From: Malacoraja senta | Taxonomy: Eukaryota | DNA: 64,000 bases | NCBI GenBank assembly: GCA_038087875.1 | Contig: CM075992.1 | Span: forward strand, 6,326,001-6,390,000 | Direction of reading: 5' to 3' | In this document: positions 50,296-63,715 of the stretch, in pieces | Layout: each line of letters starts with the position of its first letter | How positions within the stretch are numbered: position 1 is the first letter of the stretch | Notes under the pieces: generated by a model | The model's input: only the letters and a program-made list of their open reading frames with translations | Database searches by the model: none | Told to the model about the DNA's origin: nothing | Position numbers and translations under genes: made by a program

Positions 50296-51640
50296 CCTCA
50301 TTGACCCTGTAAAACTCAAGTCTGCCGTGCCACTAATAACAAAGATCAAGGTCCAGAGAGATTCATAGTTGCTGAAGTTGAGGTTAGTTTAGTTTAAGGT
50401 AGACACAAAATGCTGGATTAACGCAGCGGGTGAGGCAGCATCTATGAGGAGAAGGAATAGGTGACGTTTCGGGTCGAGACCCTTCTTCAGACTGAGTTTA
50501 GTTTAGTTTAGTTTACAGCGTGGAAACTGCGAAGGGTCTCCGTGTCCACCGTGCCGACCAGTGATCCCCGCACACTAACACCATCCTCCACACACACTAG
50601 GGACAATGTTACCAAAGCCATTGAGGCTTTTGGCACGTGGATATGCAGGGAATGGAGAGACATGGATCACGTGAAGGCAGAGGAGATTAGTTTAACTTGT
50701 CATTGTTCAGGTTCGACATTGTGGGCTGCAGGACTTGCGAGACTGATCCCACAGAGCAAGTAAGTACTCGATGGGCCGAATGTCCTCCTTCATACGTTCA
50801 TAAGTGATAGCAGCAGAATTAGGCCTTGAGACCTATCGAGTCGACTCCGCCATTCAATCATGGCTGATCTATCTTTCTCTCTTAACCCCATTCTCCTGCC
50901 TTCTCCCCATAACCCCGTGACTCCTCCTTCTAAGCTGGAGTTGATCTGTGATAATATGCTCCAAATATTCTCCCTTCCCTGAAATACTGGGCTAACTGCT
51001 CTGGAAAATGATGCAATAAACACCCCTGGTCTGTTTGACAAGGTGCAATTAAATGTCATTAAATCAGGCTGGTATTTACAATCATCGGGATCAGCAGGAC
51101 TGTTGTTAAAAGTGTACAGAACACAGCGTTCTTCTGAGAAGTGCAGGCTACACAAGGAGATTCCAGGAGGAAACAAATCCGTCTCTTCTCAGAGGCTGGC
51201 CTGATGGAGTGTGCAGAAAGGAACTGCAGATGCTGGTTTACACCGAAGATGGACACAAAACGCTGGCGTAACTCAGCGGGACAGGCAGCGTCTCTGCCGA
51301 GAAGGAATAGGTGACGTTTCAAGTCAAGTCAAGTTAAGTTTTATTCGCCACTTGCACGTAAAGTGCAAGTGAAATGAATTTGCCAGCAGCGGTACAATGA
51401 AAAAAGAACACACAATACACATTAAAAATGTACACAAAAAATCCACCACAGCATTCATCCCTGTGGTGGAAGGCACAAAATCTGGCCCACAAGAATTTCG
51501 GGTCGAGACCTCTTCGAGTCATAGAGCCATATAGCGATACAGCATGGAAAGTGCCCACACTGGGCAACATGTCCCAGCTCCACTAGTCCCACCTGCCCGC
51601 ATTTGGCCCATGTCCCTCCAAACCTGTCCTATCCATTTAT

Positions 51641-51835
51641 GGGGCCTGTCCCACTTAGGCGATTTTTTGGGCGACTACAGGCGACTGCCACAAAACTTTC
51701 AACACGTTGAAAGTTTTTCGGCGACAGTGGCGACAATTTTTGCTGTCGTAGGTTGTCGCCAGGTGTCGTAGGTAAATTCCATTGAAACTAGTCCCTGGCA
51801 GTTGCCTAAAGAGTTGCCTAAGTGGGATAGGCCCT
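51641..51835. mobile_element. Harbinger-type MITE inserted in a minus-strand CR1 fragment
   Basis: GGGGCCTGTCCCACTTAGGC / GCCTAAGTGGGATAGGCCCT followed by TAA. Confidence 0.75.
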
Positions 51836-54757
51836 TAACTGTTTCTTAATGGTTGAGATAGTCCCAGCCTTAACTACCTCCTCTGGCAGTTTGTTCCGTA
51901 CACCCACCACCCTTTGTGTGAAAAAGTTACCCCTCAGATTCCTATTGAATCTTTTCCTTCTTCACCTTGAACCTATGTCCTCTGGTTCCCGACTCACCTA
52001 CTCTGGGCAAGAGACTCTGTGCGCCTACCCTTCTTCAGACTCGACAGGCCTCAGGGCGTGCTCCCTTCCAGCACCTTTGTATGTCCTTCACTTGCATGTC
52101 CACAGGGATAACGGCAGAAGGAGGAGGCCATCCCTCCCCTCAAACCTGTTCATCACAGGAGGAAGAACAGGAAGTCTTTCACTGCAGAGTTGACTGCTTT
52201 GAAAACATTTTTTTTTAAAGCAAGCGGCTGCTCCCATTCTGCACCTTGAACGATTCCTAATTCTTACACGACAAGGTAACAGTGAGACCTGATAGCAGTA
52301 TGTAAAGTTATAGAAACATAGAAAATAGGTGCAGGAGTAGGCCGTTCAGCCCTTCGGCCCAGCACTGCCATTCAATATGATCTTGGCTTCCAGGTTTTTC
52401 CTCATTTCAGTCCTAAATGGCCTACCCCTTATTCTTAATCTGTGACCCCTGATTCTGGACTCCCCCAACATCGGCAACATTTTTCCTGCATCTTGCCTGT
52501 CCGATGCCTTAAGAATTTGAAATGTTTCTATAGGATCCCCTAACACCCTTCTAAATTTCAGTGAATATAAGCCCAGTCGACCCATTATAAGCCCAGTGGA
52601 TCCATATTCATGTTCATAAGTTCATAAGTGACTGGAGCAGAATTAGGCCATTTGGCCCATCGTCTACTCCGCCATTCAATCACGGCTGATCTATCTCTTC
52701 CTCCTAGCCCCATTCTCCTGCCTTCACTCCATAACCCCTGACACCCGTACTAATCAAGAATCTATATCTATCTCTGCCTTAAAAATATCCATTGACGGCC
52801 TCCACAGCCTTCTATGGCAATGAATTCCACAGATTCACCACCCTCTGGCTAAAGAAATTCTGCCTCATCTCCTTCCTAAAGGAACGTCCTTTAATTCTGA
52901 GGCTGTGACCTCTGGTCCTAGTTTGATAAATAACAAATAGAGTGCAATAGTAATATAGTCTTTTGCAGTTCAGAGCTCAGAGCTTATTCGTTGTCGTGTT
53001 TGATAGCTGTGGGGAAGGAGCTGTTCCTGAACCTGGACGTTACAGTTTTCAGGCTCCTGTACCTTCTTCCTGATGGCAAGGACAATTTTTGACACAGAGA
53101 GCGGTGGGTGCCTGGAACGCACTGCCAGACATGGTGGTGGAAGCAGATACGGTAGTGGTGTTTAAGAGGCTTTTGGATAGACATGCCCGGTTTGGAGGGA
53201 TATGGATCATGTCCAGGCAGAGGAGAGAGGGTTAATTTGGCATCATGTTCGACATGCACATTGAGAGACGAAGGACCTGTTCCTGTGCTGTACTGTTCTA
53301 TGTTTAGCTTAGTTTAGAGATACAGCTTGGAAACAGGCCCTTCGGCCCATCCTGTCCCCGCCGACCATCAACACCCATGCATTAATTCTATATGTTATTG
53401 CACTTTTGCATCCTACACACAAGGTCAATTAACCGGCAAACCTGTACATCTTTGGAATGTGGGAGGAAACGGGAGCACCCGGGGCGAACACATGCGGTCA
53501 CAGGGAGAGCGTACAAATTCTGTACCCATAGTCATTAATGAACCCGGGTCTCTGGTACTGTGAGATCAGGGCCTCTTATCTCTCATTTTTTATGATGCAG
53601 TGATTCTGATCAAAATATTCTGATCAATGCTAAAACCAGCCCTTGCGATGAGTCACGATCAGTGCACATTATTTGGAATTCAGATTCAAACTGCAATTTT
53701 TTTACGCCTGTTTTTCATCCACAAGCTGTCCACAAAATGGCTAATCCGGGGTGAAACACTCAGCAGGTCGGACAGCATCTGTGGAGAGGGAAACGGAGTG
53801 TGTGTGCTTTCAGGTGGGCGAGGATTCCCCTAAAGTGTCAGGGGTTATGGGGAGAAGGCAGAAGAATGGGGTTAGGAGGGAGAGATAGATCAGCCATGAT
53901 TGAATGGTGGAGTAGACTTGATGGGCCGAATGGTCTAATTCTGCTCCTAGAACATGAATTTATCACCTGTCCATGTTCTACGCGATCAAAGACTTGCAGG
54001 ACAAAACCTGCAGGGAGCAAACAATAGGTGTTAAGGTGAGAGGGGCAAAGTGTAAGGAAGATGTTCGGGGCAACTTTATTTACACAGAGGGTGTTAAGTG
54101 CCTGGAACGCACTGCCAGGGTTGGTGGTGGAGGCAGATACGATTGTGTCGTTTAAGAGGCTTTTGGATAGGTACATGGATACCCAGGGAATGGAGGGATA
54201 TGGATTGTGTGCAGGTAGACATGAGTTTAGTTTATTATTGTCATGTGTACCAAGGTACAATGGAAATGTTGCGTGCTATCCAGTCAGCAGAAAGACTATA
54301 CATGATTGCAATCAAGGCGTCCACAGTGTACAGATACAGGTAAAGAGTATAATAATGTTTAATGCAAGATAAAGTCTAGTGAAGTCCAATTAAAGATAGT
54401 CCGAAGGTCTCCAATGAGGCAGATGGGAGAATGTAGAAATAAGGAACTACAGATGCTGGTTTACACCACAGATAGACACAAGGTGCTGGAGTAACTCAGC
54501 GGGTCAGGCAGCATCTCTGGAGAAAAAGGATGGGTGATGTTTTGGGTTGGGACCCTTCCTCAGACTGGAAGTAGGGAGTTGGGTGGTTGGGGGGAGGAGA
54601 GAATGAACTGGAGAAATGACCAGGACCTATAAGTGCCAGCCCACAAGTGAGCTCAGGCAGGGCGGTTCCTGGTAAACCCACTGCTGGCTCAGGAAGGGGT
54701 CAGGACCGCTCTCGAGTTGGTGAGAGGACAGTTCAGTTGCGTCATAACAACATGGGC

Positions 54758-55072
54758 TGCATGGTGGTGCAGCGGTAGAGTTGCTGCCTTACAGCGCCAT
54801 AGACCCGGGTTCGATCCTGACTGCGGGTGCTGTCTGTACAGAGTTTGCACGTTCTGCCCGTGACCTGCGTGGGTTTTCTCCGAGATCTTCGGTTTCCTCC
54901 CACACTCCAAAGACGTACAGCTTTGCAGGTTAATTGGCTCGGTGTATAACTGTAAATTGTCCCTGTAAAGTGTGCGTAGGATAGTGTTGGTGCGCGGGGA
55001 TCGCTGGTCAGTGCGGGCTCGATGGGCCGAAGGGCCTGTCTCTGCACTGTATCTCTAAACTGAACTAAACTA
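54758..55072 (+). mobile_element. tRNA-derived V-SINE (HE1-like), near full length
   Basis: A-box TGGTGCAGCGG, B-box GGTTCGATCC, V domain, and a 3' end GGGCCGAAGGGCCTG...CTAAACTGAACTAAAC. Confidence 0.8.
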
Positions 55073-55233
55073 ACTGGGAAGAAACTGTCCCTGAAACTGG
55101 GAGAGATGTTGTATTGTGCCCCTGAATGTTTATCCGTATCTTGTTGGCTCTTGGATGGAGTCAAATTGGAATGAAGCGGAGCCAAAAATGAATCAGAGCC
55201 CTTGAGCCCAATTATGAGAGCTAAATCCAGAAG

Positions 55234-55421
55234 TTACATAAGTCACTGTGCCGCATTGTATAACACAGCCCTGCCCTCCCTTGATAACCACTTACATAAC
55301 ACGTAGAGAGAGAAAAAAAGCTTCTCATGATCGTGTTACATTAATTCAAGGCTTAGTTAGAGAGTCAACATCTTACATAAAGGGGTCTTAGTCACAGCGA
55401 ACTGTATAACAGGTTATGTAT
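55234..55421. promoter_or_regulatory. Candidate bZIP enhancer: cluster of D-box (PAR-bZIP/NFIL3) motifs
   Basis: TTACATAA at 55234, 55292 and 55373; near-matches TTACATTA at 55336 and TTATGTAT at 55414; AP-1-like TTAGTCA at 55388. Confidence 0.4.
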
Positions 55422-58400
55422 CCTGATTTAACGCAGAACCCAGCACGAATCACTCCACTGCCACAGTGTGCAAGGATTAAAAGAGTGTTGTCCTTGCAAG
55501 GTGGGGTGGGGGAGCGGTTCAGGGAACAGGCTTTCGAGATGAGAGGAGGGGGGAATAAATGGGAGAGGGAGATGGACAAAAAAATTAACCTTGGAGGGAT
55601 TGGGTTAGTTAAATGAAGCTGTAAGTTCAATAATGTTAATGTAACGTAAAATAAAGCGGTGTTGTAAGCTGTTGAGGGTCAAACTGTGATGGTTCTCTAA
55701 GGTACGTTTAACCCTTACATTCTCAGCCCAACTTGTCTTATTCTATTCTAGCTTGTTTCGATTTTGTGTTCTTTTTAATTGCTTTTGATTGCTCTTTACT
55801 GCTTTGTGTAAAGCACTTTTAATTGCCTTGTTGCTGAAATGTGCTATACAAATAAACTTGCTTGCTTGCTTGCTAGTGTTAATGTGTGGGGATCGCTGGT
55901 CGGTGCGGACTCGGTGGGCCGAAGGGCCTGTTTCCGCGCTGCATCTCTAAACGGAAAAAACTAAAAGGCTAAATATTGTAATTATAATTTACATACAAAC
56001 CAACCTCTATAAATACAACAGAACACCTGCTTATAAATTCTGACGCAATGGAGTTCCAGTCAAAGATATTCCATTCTGCCCCTTGTCATTTATCAATGCC
56101 ATGTAAACAAAATTACAATTAGTACGACAAGAATTTACAAATCAACAAGCCACTAAGACATCTACTGACGACAAAACTCCCACCACCGTTCATATTCGTA
56201 GGCTATAGAAGCAAAATTTGGCCATTCGGCCCATCGAGTCTACTCCGCCATTCAATCATGGATGATCTATCAAGTTTAGTTTATTGTCACGTGTACTGAG
56301 GTACAGGGAAAAGTTGTTGTTGCGGGGTAACCAGTCAGCGGAAAGACAACACATGATTACAATCGAGCCATTTTCAGTGTGATAAGAGAATAAGGGTTTA
56401 ACTTTAGTGTAAGGTAAAGCCAGTAAAGATCAGCAAAGCCATCAAGGATAGTCAGAGGGTCACCAATGAGGTAGATAGTTCAGGACTGCTCCTGTATGTC
56501 ATGTTGTCACTTGCGGGCAGAGCACCAAGGCAAATTCCTTGTATGTGAATACTTGGCCAATAAACGTATTCATTCCCTAGTTGTGGTAGGATGGTTCAAT
56601 CCCATTCTCCCCGTAACTCCGTACAGAGAGCACTCCTGGTCAGGATCGAACCGGGGTCTCTGGCGCTGGAAGGCAGCAACTCCAGCGCTCCAGAACTTGG
56701 GGAAGCTTCCCAATTCTGAGATCACTCTTGGGAACCCAGCTGCTCGTCCCAAGTCAGGGATCCACCCCTTAATCATCTGCTGGAGTAACTCAGCGGGACA
56801 GGCAGCATCTCTGGAGAGAAGGAATGGGTGACGTTTTTCAGACTGAGGAAGGGTCTCGACCCGAAACGCCACCCATTCCTTCTCTCCAGAGATGCTGCCT
56901 GGTCCATTGAGTTACTCCAGCTTTTTGTGTCTATCTTCGTTTTAAACCAGCATCTGCAGTTCCTTCCTACACATTAATCATCTGCCATCCCTTGGCCATG
57001 GTGACTACAGGTCTTTGTTGGTGTTGCTTCTCACAAAGACAAGGAACGGAGGTGAAGCTACCGACAAACCATCCATCATTAAAGAGAGCAACTCTCCATG
57101 GACAGTGGAGACACCAGGAACTGCAGATGCTGGGATCTTGAGCAAAACACAAAGTGCTGGAGGAACTCAGGCATCATCTGTGGAGGGAATGGACAGACGA
57201 TGTTTGGGGTCGGGACCCTTCTTCAGACGTTAGTCACAATGTAGATACAAAGAACTGCAGATGCCGGTTTACAAAAAAAAAACTATACAAAGTGCTGGAG
57301 TAACTCAGCAGGTTAGTCAGCATCTCTGGAGAACATGGATAGTAACGTTTCAGGTCGGGATCCTTCCTTCCGATCCGACATTTCACATATTAATGTTCCC
57401 CTGAGATGCAGCCTGACCAACATTTTGTGTTTAGGTTTAGATCTAGGTTTATTATTGCCCCGTGTACTGATTGGGGATGATCAGCCATGATCACATTGAA
57501 TGGCGGTGCTGGCTCGAAGGGCCGAATGGCCTACTCCTGCACCTATTGTCTATTGTCTATTGTGTATGAAGCTATGTTTTGCATGCTATCCAACCGGATC
57601 AGATAATACTATATCAAAGTTGCCTCTCACGTTCATGTTGAATTTTTCCCCTCTCACTTTAAACCTATATCCACTAATTCTTCATTCCCCTTCCCTGGAC
57701 TCTGCACATTCACCCTCCACCCTCTATGGTTTTCACCTCCATAACATCACTCCTCGGCCTCTGCATCCTCCATCTCACAAACCCAGCCACTGTCGTTGTC
57801 AAACAAAATCTATCCCGCGCATCTTTTTAAACTTTGCCCCTCTGTCCCTAAAGCGATGATGACCTCTTGATTTGCTTCCTGAATCTCTTGGAAAAATTCA
57901 CCAGGTATCTGGAAGGTGTTGGAGGAGGGGTCCTCGATAATCCTGGGGGTCTGGCAGCTGCGGCAGCGAGTTTTTGCAAATGGCCCGAAAACAAAAGTCA
58001 TTGACGTGACTATAAATATAGCAGTTTTTTATAACTGTGCATAGCTGAGTGACCCGGTGGCTTTTTAAATATACAGTGAGCTATTTTAAGCTCTTCGATG
58101 TGTTGTGAGGGATTTAGATAAGAACAGAGCGAATGAGGGTGTTGATATAAATAGGATGAGTGTTTCAGCTTAGGAATTAATCAGTCTCGCACATCCAGGC
58201 TGGCTCTGACTTCAATCACTGAAGAAGGGTCTTGACCCGAAACGTCACCTATTCCTTCGCTCCCTAGATGCTGCCTCACCCGCTGAGTTTCTCCAGCATT
58301 TTTGTCTAACTTCAATCAATCAATGGGGTTATTTTACTGTACGCGTTCAGTGATGCAGCAGGTAGTGCTGCCGCCTCGACACTTCGGGGACCCCGGTTCG

Positions 58401-59242
58401 ATCCTGACTCCAGCAGCTGTCCGTGTGGAGTTTGCACGTCCTCCCAGCGACCACATGGATTCTCCCAAGGAAGCCCCTTTACGGGCAACGTGCCGTGTTA
58501 CCATGGAGACTTGGCACCCTGGAAAGGGTGCAGGGAAGATTGACGAGGACGTTGCCAGGACTCGAGGGTCTGAGCTCGAGGGAGAGGTTGAGCAGGCTGG
58601 GAGGGCAGGAGGATGAGGGGTGTACAAAATCATGGGAGCAATATATCGGGTGAGTCTCTTGTCCAGAGTTGGGGAATCAAGAACCAGAGGACATAGGTGA
58701 AGAGGGAAAGATTGAATAGGAACCTGAGGGGTAACTTTTCCTACAAAGGGTGGTAGGTTTATGGAACAAGCTGCAGGAGGTAGCAGTTGAGGCAGGGACT
58801 ATCGCAACATTTAAGAAACATTTAGACAGGTACATGGATAGGACAGGTTTAGAGGGATATGGGCCAAACACGGGCAGGTGGGACTAGTATATGTTGATTG
58901 GTGTGGGCACGTTGGGCCGAAGGGCCTGTTTCCATGCTGTGTGATTCTATGACTATGACACACAAACAGGCTCTTCAGCCCAACACGTCCACGCCATCCA
59001 AGGTGTCTGTCTGAGTACGTCCCATTAGCCAGCATTTGGCTTGTATCTCCCCGAGACTTTCCTATCCATATGTACCTTGCATTATAAATGTCATTATAAC
59101 CTGTTTCAGCTACTTCCTCTGGCAACTCGTTCTATATACCCACCAAATATTACTCTTTCAGACCCATTTTAAATCTTTCACCTTCGGAGTGTGGGAGGAA
59201 ACTGGAGTTCCTGGAGAAAAACCTGGGTCTCTGGCGCTGTAA

Positions 59243-59500
59243 AACCCCTGTCCCATGGTGCGAGTTCATTCCAAGAGTTCTCCCGAGTTTCGAACCCGGA
59301 GATTTACGGTAATGGCCACCCGTCGGTACTCGGGGCTCTCGTGGACATTTTTCAACATGTTGAAAAATCTTCACGAGTCTTCCCGTGCTTACCTGCCGTT
59401 AGCGAGTCTTCCCGAGTACCTGCCGTTAGCGCTAAGAGACGTCCCCGAGCTCCGACGTACCCGCTACGTTCATTCTCCGTGCTTACCATGAGTTTGATTT
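59243..59500. mobile_element. Harbinger-type MITE, one end lost
   Basis: Begins TAA|AACCCCTGTCCCATGGTGCGAG. The interior is homologous to 18819-19123 and 63716-64000. Confidence 0.65.
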
Positions 59501-60589
59501 TTACAATTTCAAAGTTATCCCTGGTGTGTGTAGGATAGTGTTAGTGTGCATGGGATCACTGGTTGGCACAGACTCGGTGGGCCTGTTTCCGTGCTGTATC
59601 TCTAAACTAAGGTAAACTAATGGGGAGCCAATTCAGAAGCCTGATAAGGGAGGAGATAAAACTGTTCCTGAGTCTGGTGGTCCACACTTTCAAGCTTCTG
59701 TATTTTCTGCCAGTGGGAACGGCCAGCTGAAGGAATGACCAGGGTGAGACAAGGCTTTGATTATGTTTTAATGATAGCATGCAAACAAAAGCTTGTCACT
59801 GTGTCTCAGTACATCTGACAATAATAAACCGATATCTATAGACTTTGTTCCCATGAGTTCTATGTTATTCCACGTTCTCATCCACTCCCTACACACTAGG
59901 GACAATGTTTACAGAGGTGAATTAACCGACAAACCCACACGTCTTTGGGATGTTGGGAGGAGAGCGGAGCACCTGGAGAAAACCCACGCGGTCCCAGGAA
60001 GAACGTGCAAATTCCGTACAGACGGCGCCCATAGTCCGGATCGAACGTGGGTCTCTGGCGCGGTGAGGCAGCAGCTCTACCCGCTGCGCCACCGTGCCGC
60101 CCTCTGCCAATGTTGCCCGCTCCATGTAGCCTGTTGTGTGACAACTGGGTAAGCCAGCTGGTTAAAGTTTGTAAACATTAATCAGCTACTGCCATGTTGT
60201 ACGCAATGTGGTTCGGTCCTGAGACAGTGGGACTTTGGCTCTGTGTACATATTATCCTGCACTCAGTGAACCCGATGCCCCCAGCCTGTGATATGCCTTG
60301 GACCCAATAACCTTCACAAGCAGGATTCAGACCTCCCTGCTCTCGCGCAACATGAACTCAGCCGAACCCAAGGCTTGGTTCACGTGAACTCCCGGCAAGG
60401 TCCCTGCAATCATTGACCCCCCTGCTCGGTTCAATCAATAGCTAGACTGCACAGAGTTGGGGCACAGAATGCTGGAGTAACTCAGCGGGACAGGCAGCTT
60501 CTCTGGAGAGAAGGAATGGGAGGCACTTCTAGTCGAGACCCTTCTTCACACTGAGAGTCAGGGGAAAGGGAGTCTAGAGATATCAGGTT

Positions 60590-61310
60590 ATAAGTGATAG
60601 GAGCAGAATTAGGCCATTCGGCCCATCAAGTCTCCTCCGCCATTCAATCATGGCTGATCTATTTCTCCCTCCTAACCCCATTCTCTTGCTTTCTCCCCAT
60701 AACCTCTGACACCCATACTAATCAAAAATCTATCTATCTCTGCCTTAAAAATATCCACTGACTTGGCCTCCACAGCCTTCTGTGGCAAAGAATTCCACAG
60801 ATTCACCAACCTCTGACTAAAGAAATTTCTCCTCATCTCCTTCTTAAAAGAACATCCTTTAATTCTGAGGCTGTGACCTCTAGTCCTAGACTATCCCACT
60901 GGTGGAAACATCCTCTCCACATCCACGGTACACAAAAATGCTGGAGAAACTCAGCGGGTGCAGCAGCATCTATGGAGCGAAGGAAATAGGCAACGTTTCG
61001 GGCCGAAACCCTTCGCTGCTGCACCCGCTGAGTTTCTCCAGCATTTTTGTGTACCTTCGATTTTCCAGCATCTGCAGTTCCTTCTTTAACTCTCCACATC
61101 CACTCTACCCAAGCCTTTCACTATTCTGTATGTTTCAATGAGGTCCCCCTCCCCCCTCATTCTTCTAAACACCAGCGAGTACAGGCCCAGGGCCGACAAA
61201 CGCTCATCATAGGTTAACCCACTCATTCCTGGGATCATTCTTGTAAACCTCCTCTGGACCCTCTCCAGAGCCAGCACATCCTTCCTCAGATATGGTGCCC
61301 ATAACTGCTC
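60590..61310 (-). mobile_element. CR1 3' fragment containing a Penelope-derived palindromic insert (60927-61089) with 14-bp TSD
   Basis: The minus strand encodes LALERVQRRFTRMIPGM...DLIETYRI. TSD CTCTCCACATCCAC at 60913-60926 and 61090-61103. Confidence 0.8.
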
Positions 61311-61904
61311 ACTGGTGGAAGGATAAGGTGTGAAAATGACATCAAAGGAGACGATGTTAAGGAAATGTAGATAGACACAAAAAGCTGGAGTAAGGAATGG
61401 GTGACGTTTCGGGTCGATACCCTTCTTCAGATCTGAATCACCCTTCCTTCGCTCCAGAGATGCTGCCTGCCCTGACCCGCTGAGTTACAGTACTCCAGCT
61501 TTTTGTGTCTACCTTCAGGCTAAACCAGCATCTGCAGTTCCTTCCTTCACATAAGGAAATATAGAATGGTTCATTGTTAGCTGAGGGGATGGACAAGGGG
61601 GCATTCAGACAGTAGAATTAATCAGGACAGTGAAACTAGTTGGAGAACTAGGGTGGGGGAGGAACGGAGAGATAGAGGGAAAGCAAGGGTTACTTGAAGT
61701 TACCGCTGGGTTGTAAACTGCCCAAGCATAGAATTGCTCTACTTTGACCATGGAATATTTTTAACCACTCAAGCAAATCCTTGCAGCAAGGAATCTGTAA
61801 AGGTTCATACACTCAAACACAATTATGCAGCTTTCAGCAGTTTATGTATTTTGGAAGGAATGTCTCAATTGCTGTACCAGGCCACGATGCAACCAGCCAT
61901 GATA

Positions 61905-62212
61905 GTTTAGTTTAGTTTAGAGATACAGCGCAGAAACAGGCCACTTCGGCCCACCGAGTCCGCACCGACCAGCGATCCCCGCACACTAACACTATCCTAC
62001 ACACTAGGGTCAATTTGACTATTTTACTGAAGCCAATTAACCGACAAGCATGTATGTCTTTGGGGAGTGTGGGAGGAAACCGGAGCACCCAGAGAAAACC
62101 CACGCAGGTCACAGGGAGAATGTACAAACTCCGTACAGACAGCACCTGTAGTCAGGATCGAACCCGGGTCTCTGCAGCTGTAAGGCTGCAACTCTATGTG
62201 CCACAGTGCCAC
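61905..62212 (-). mobile_element. tRNA-derived V-SINE (HE1-like)
   Basis: (TTTAG)n tail at the left, with the reverse complement of the V domain and B-box (GGATCGAACCCGGG). Confidence 0.8.
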
Positions 62213-63715
62213 ACTTTGTACAGTGCATCTGTAGACGTTTATAAGAGGATTCAGTGAAGTTAAGCACTAATTCTTTAGATATTATCCATTGCTTCTCTAT
62301 GTTCATACACTTTCATGTCATTTCTTAGACTGCCAGAGTCAACTTCATATCTGTGGGGTTTTACTTTGATTGTCAACTACGTATTGTCAACTCGAGGGGT
62401 ATCTGTGTATACTTGTTCATCAGTTCCTGGTGTACATGAGTACGGACCCCTGGTGCATTCTCAGTGGGCTCCGAGGACTCGAGGGGGCAGCCCGTGTGTG
62501 GCAACTACTGTAGAATGAGGCAGTAGAACTGCAGCCATGCCACCAGCACCCTTGGCCCCTCTTGTTTCATTTCCCCCATGTGTGGCTTTAGCCGTAGTCT
62601 AGATCTTGGTCACCCTTCTCTTCTGCATCAATATCTGTTTACGCTCTGCCTTCAGTTCCCTCCGATCTCGCCCCTAATTCCTCCATTCCCTCACGCCACC
62701 CTAACTGACCAGCAAACCCACCCACCAGCACACAGTTCTCCACTGAAATGATAAACAAGCTTGGGGACCAAGATGAAGTCACTGCTCATTATAAGGCCAG
62801 GAGTGCTTTGTCCTTGAGCAGTGGCGCACAGGAACATCTGTCTCAGTCAAGACCACCTCACCCCCCCACCAGTAACTGCATCTCCCCCCGCCCCCCCCTT
62901 CTGCCCCTCACCGCGATCCACAAGCGGGATTGGCAGCATCTCTGGAGAGAAGGAATGGGTAACATTTCGGGTCGAGACCCTTCTTCAGACCAAAGATACT
63001 AGAGGAGCAATCTTTGCTTCAGACTGAGAGTCAGGGAAGAGGGAGTCTAGAGATATGGATTCAAGTAGCAAGGTGTAGAAACAAGGAACTGCAGATGCGG
63101 GAGTAACTCAGCAGGTCAGGCAGCATCTCTGGAGAACATGAACAGGTGGCGTTTCGGGTCGGGACCCTTCTTCAGGCTGATTGTTGAGGCATCTTGGGGG
63201 GAAGAAAGCTGGGAGAGAGGAGAGGCAGACAAAACCGTGGCAGGTGATGTGGGGGGGGGGGGGGGGGGTGATAGCAGATGGTTGGAACAAAGGACAGAGA
63301 TGAAAACAACAGAAGGTGTGAGACAAAAGGATTGAAGAGTTGCAAATCGTGAAGCCAGGAGGAAGGAATTACGTGGGTGAAGAGGGAGAGGAGGGGGAGA
63401 AATAGGTGTGAGCCCAGGTAGGGGACAGGGATGGGGGGTGAGGAAGGTGAGGTGTGGGGGAGAAAGGGTTTTAATTCCTGACCTCCGCCCCACCGAGATA
63501 CTCCAGCACATTGTGACTTCATCAGCCAGAGCAGTCCTGACCTCCCATCTACCTCATTGGAGACCCTTGAACTCTCTTTAATTGGACGTTATCGGACTGT
63601 ATCTTGCTCTGAATGTTGTACCCGTTATCCATTACCTGCGCACTGTGGATGGCTTGATTGTAGTCTTCTATTTGACTCGAGTGGTTAGCATGCAAACAAA
63701 AAGTATTCACTGTAA

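Noticed and set aside
48777..50312. 511-aa (DPGDCYS)n ORF and overlapping 487- and 418-aa ORFs as a novel repeat protein
   Set aside because: The start lies in a CR1 fragment (SNTRGRGFKVRG). Several frames on both strands are open simply because of the 21-bp period, and there is no splice or promoter support.
57810..58001. 63-aa minus-strand ORF and the overlapping + frame as a coding exon
   Set aside because: No recognisable homology, and the apparent + strand acceptor lies in a CR1 remnant.
11103..62212. tRNA genes at GGTTCGATCC motifs
   Set aside because: Each is the head of a V-SINE, followed by the V domain and a LINE-like tail. None forms a stand-alone tRNA gene.
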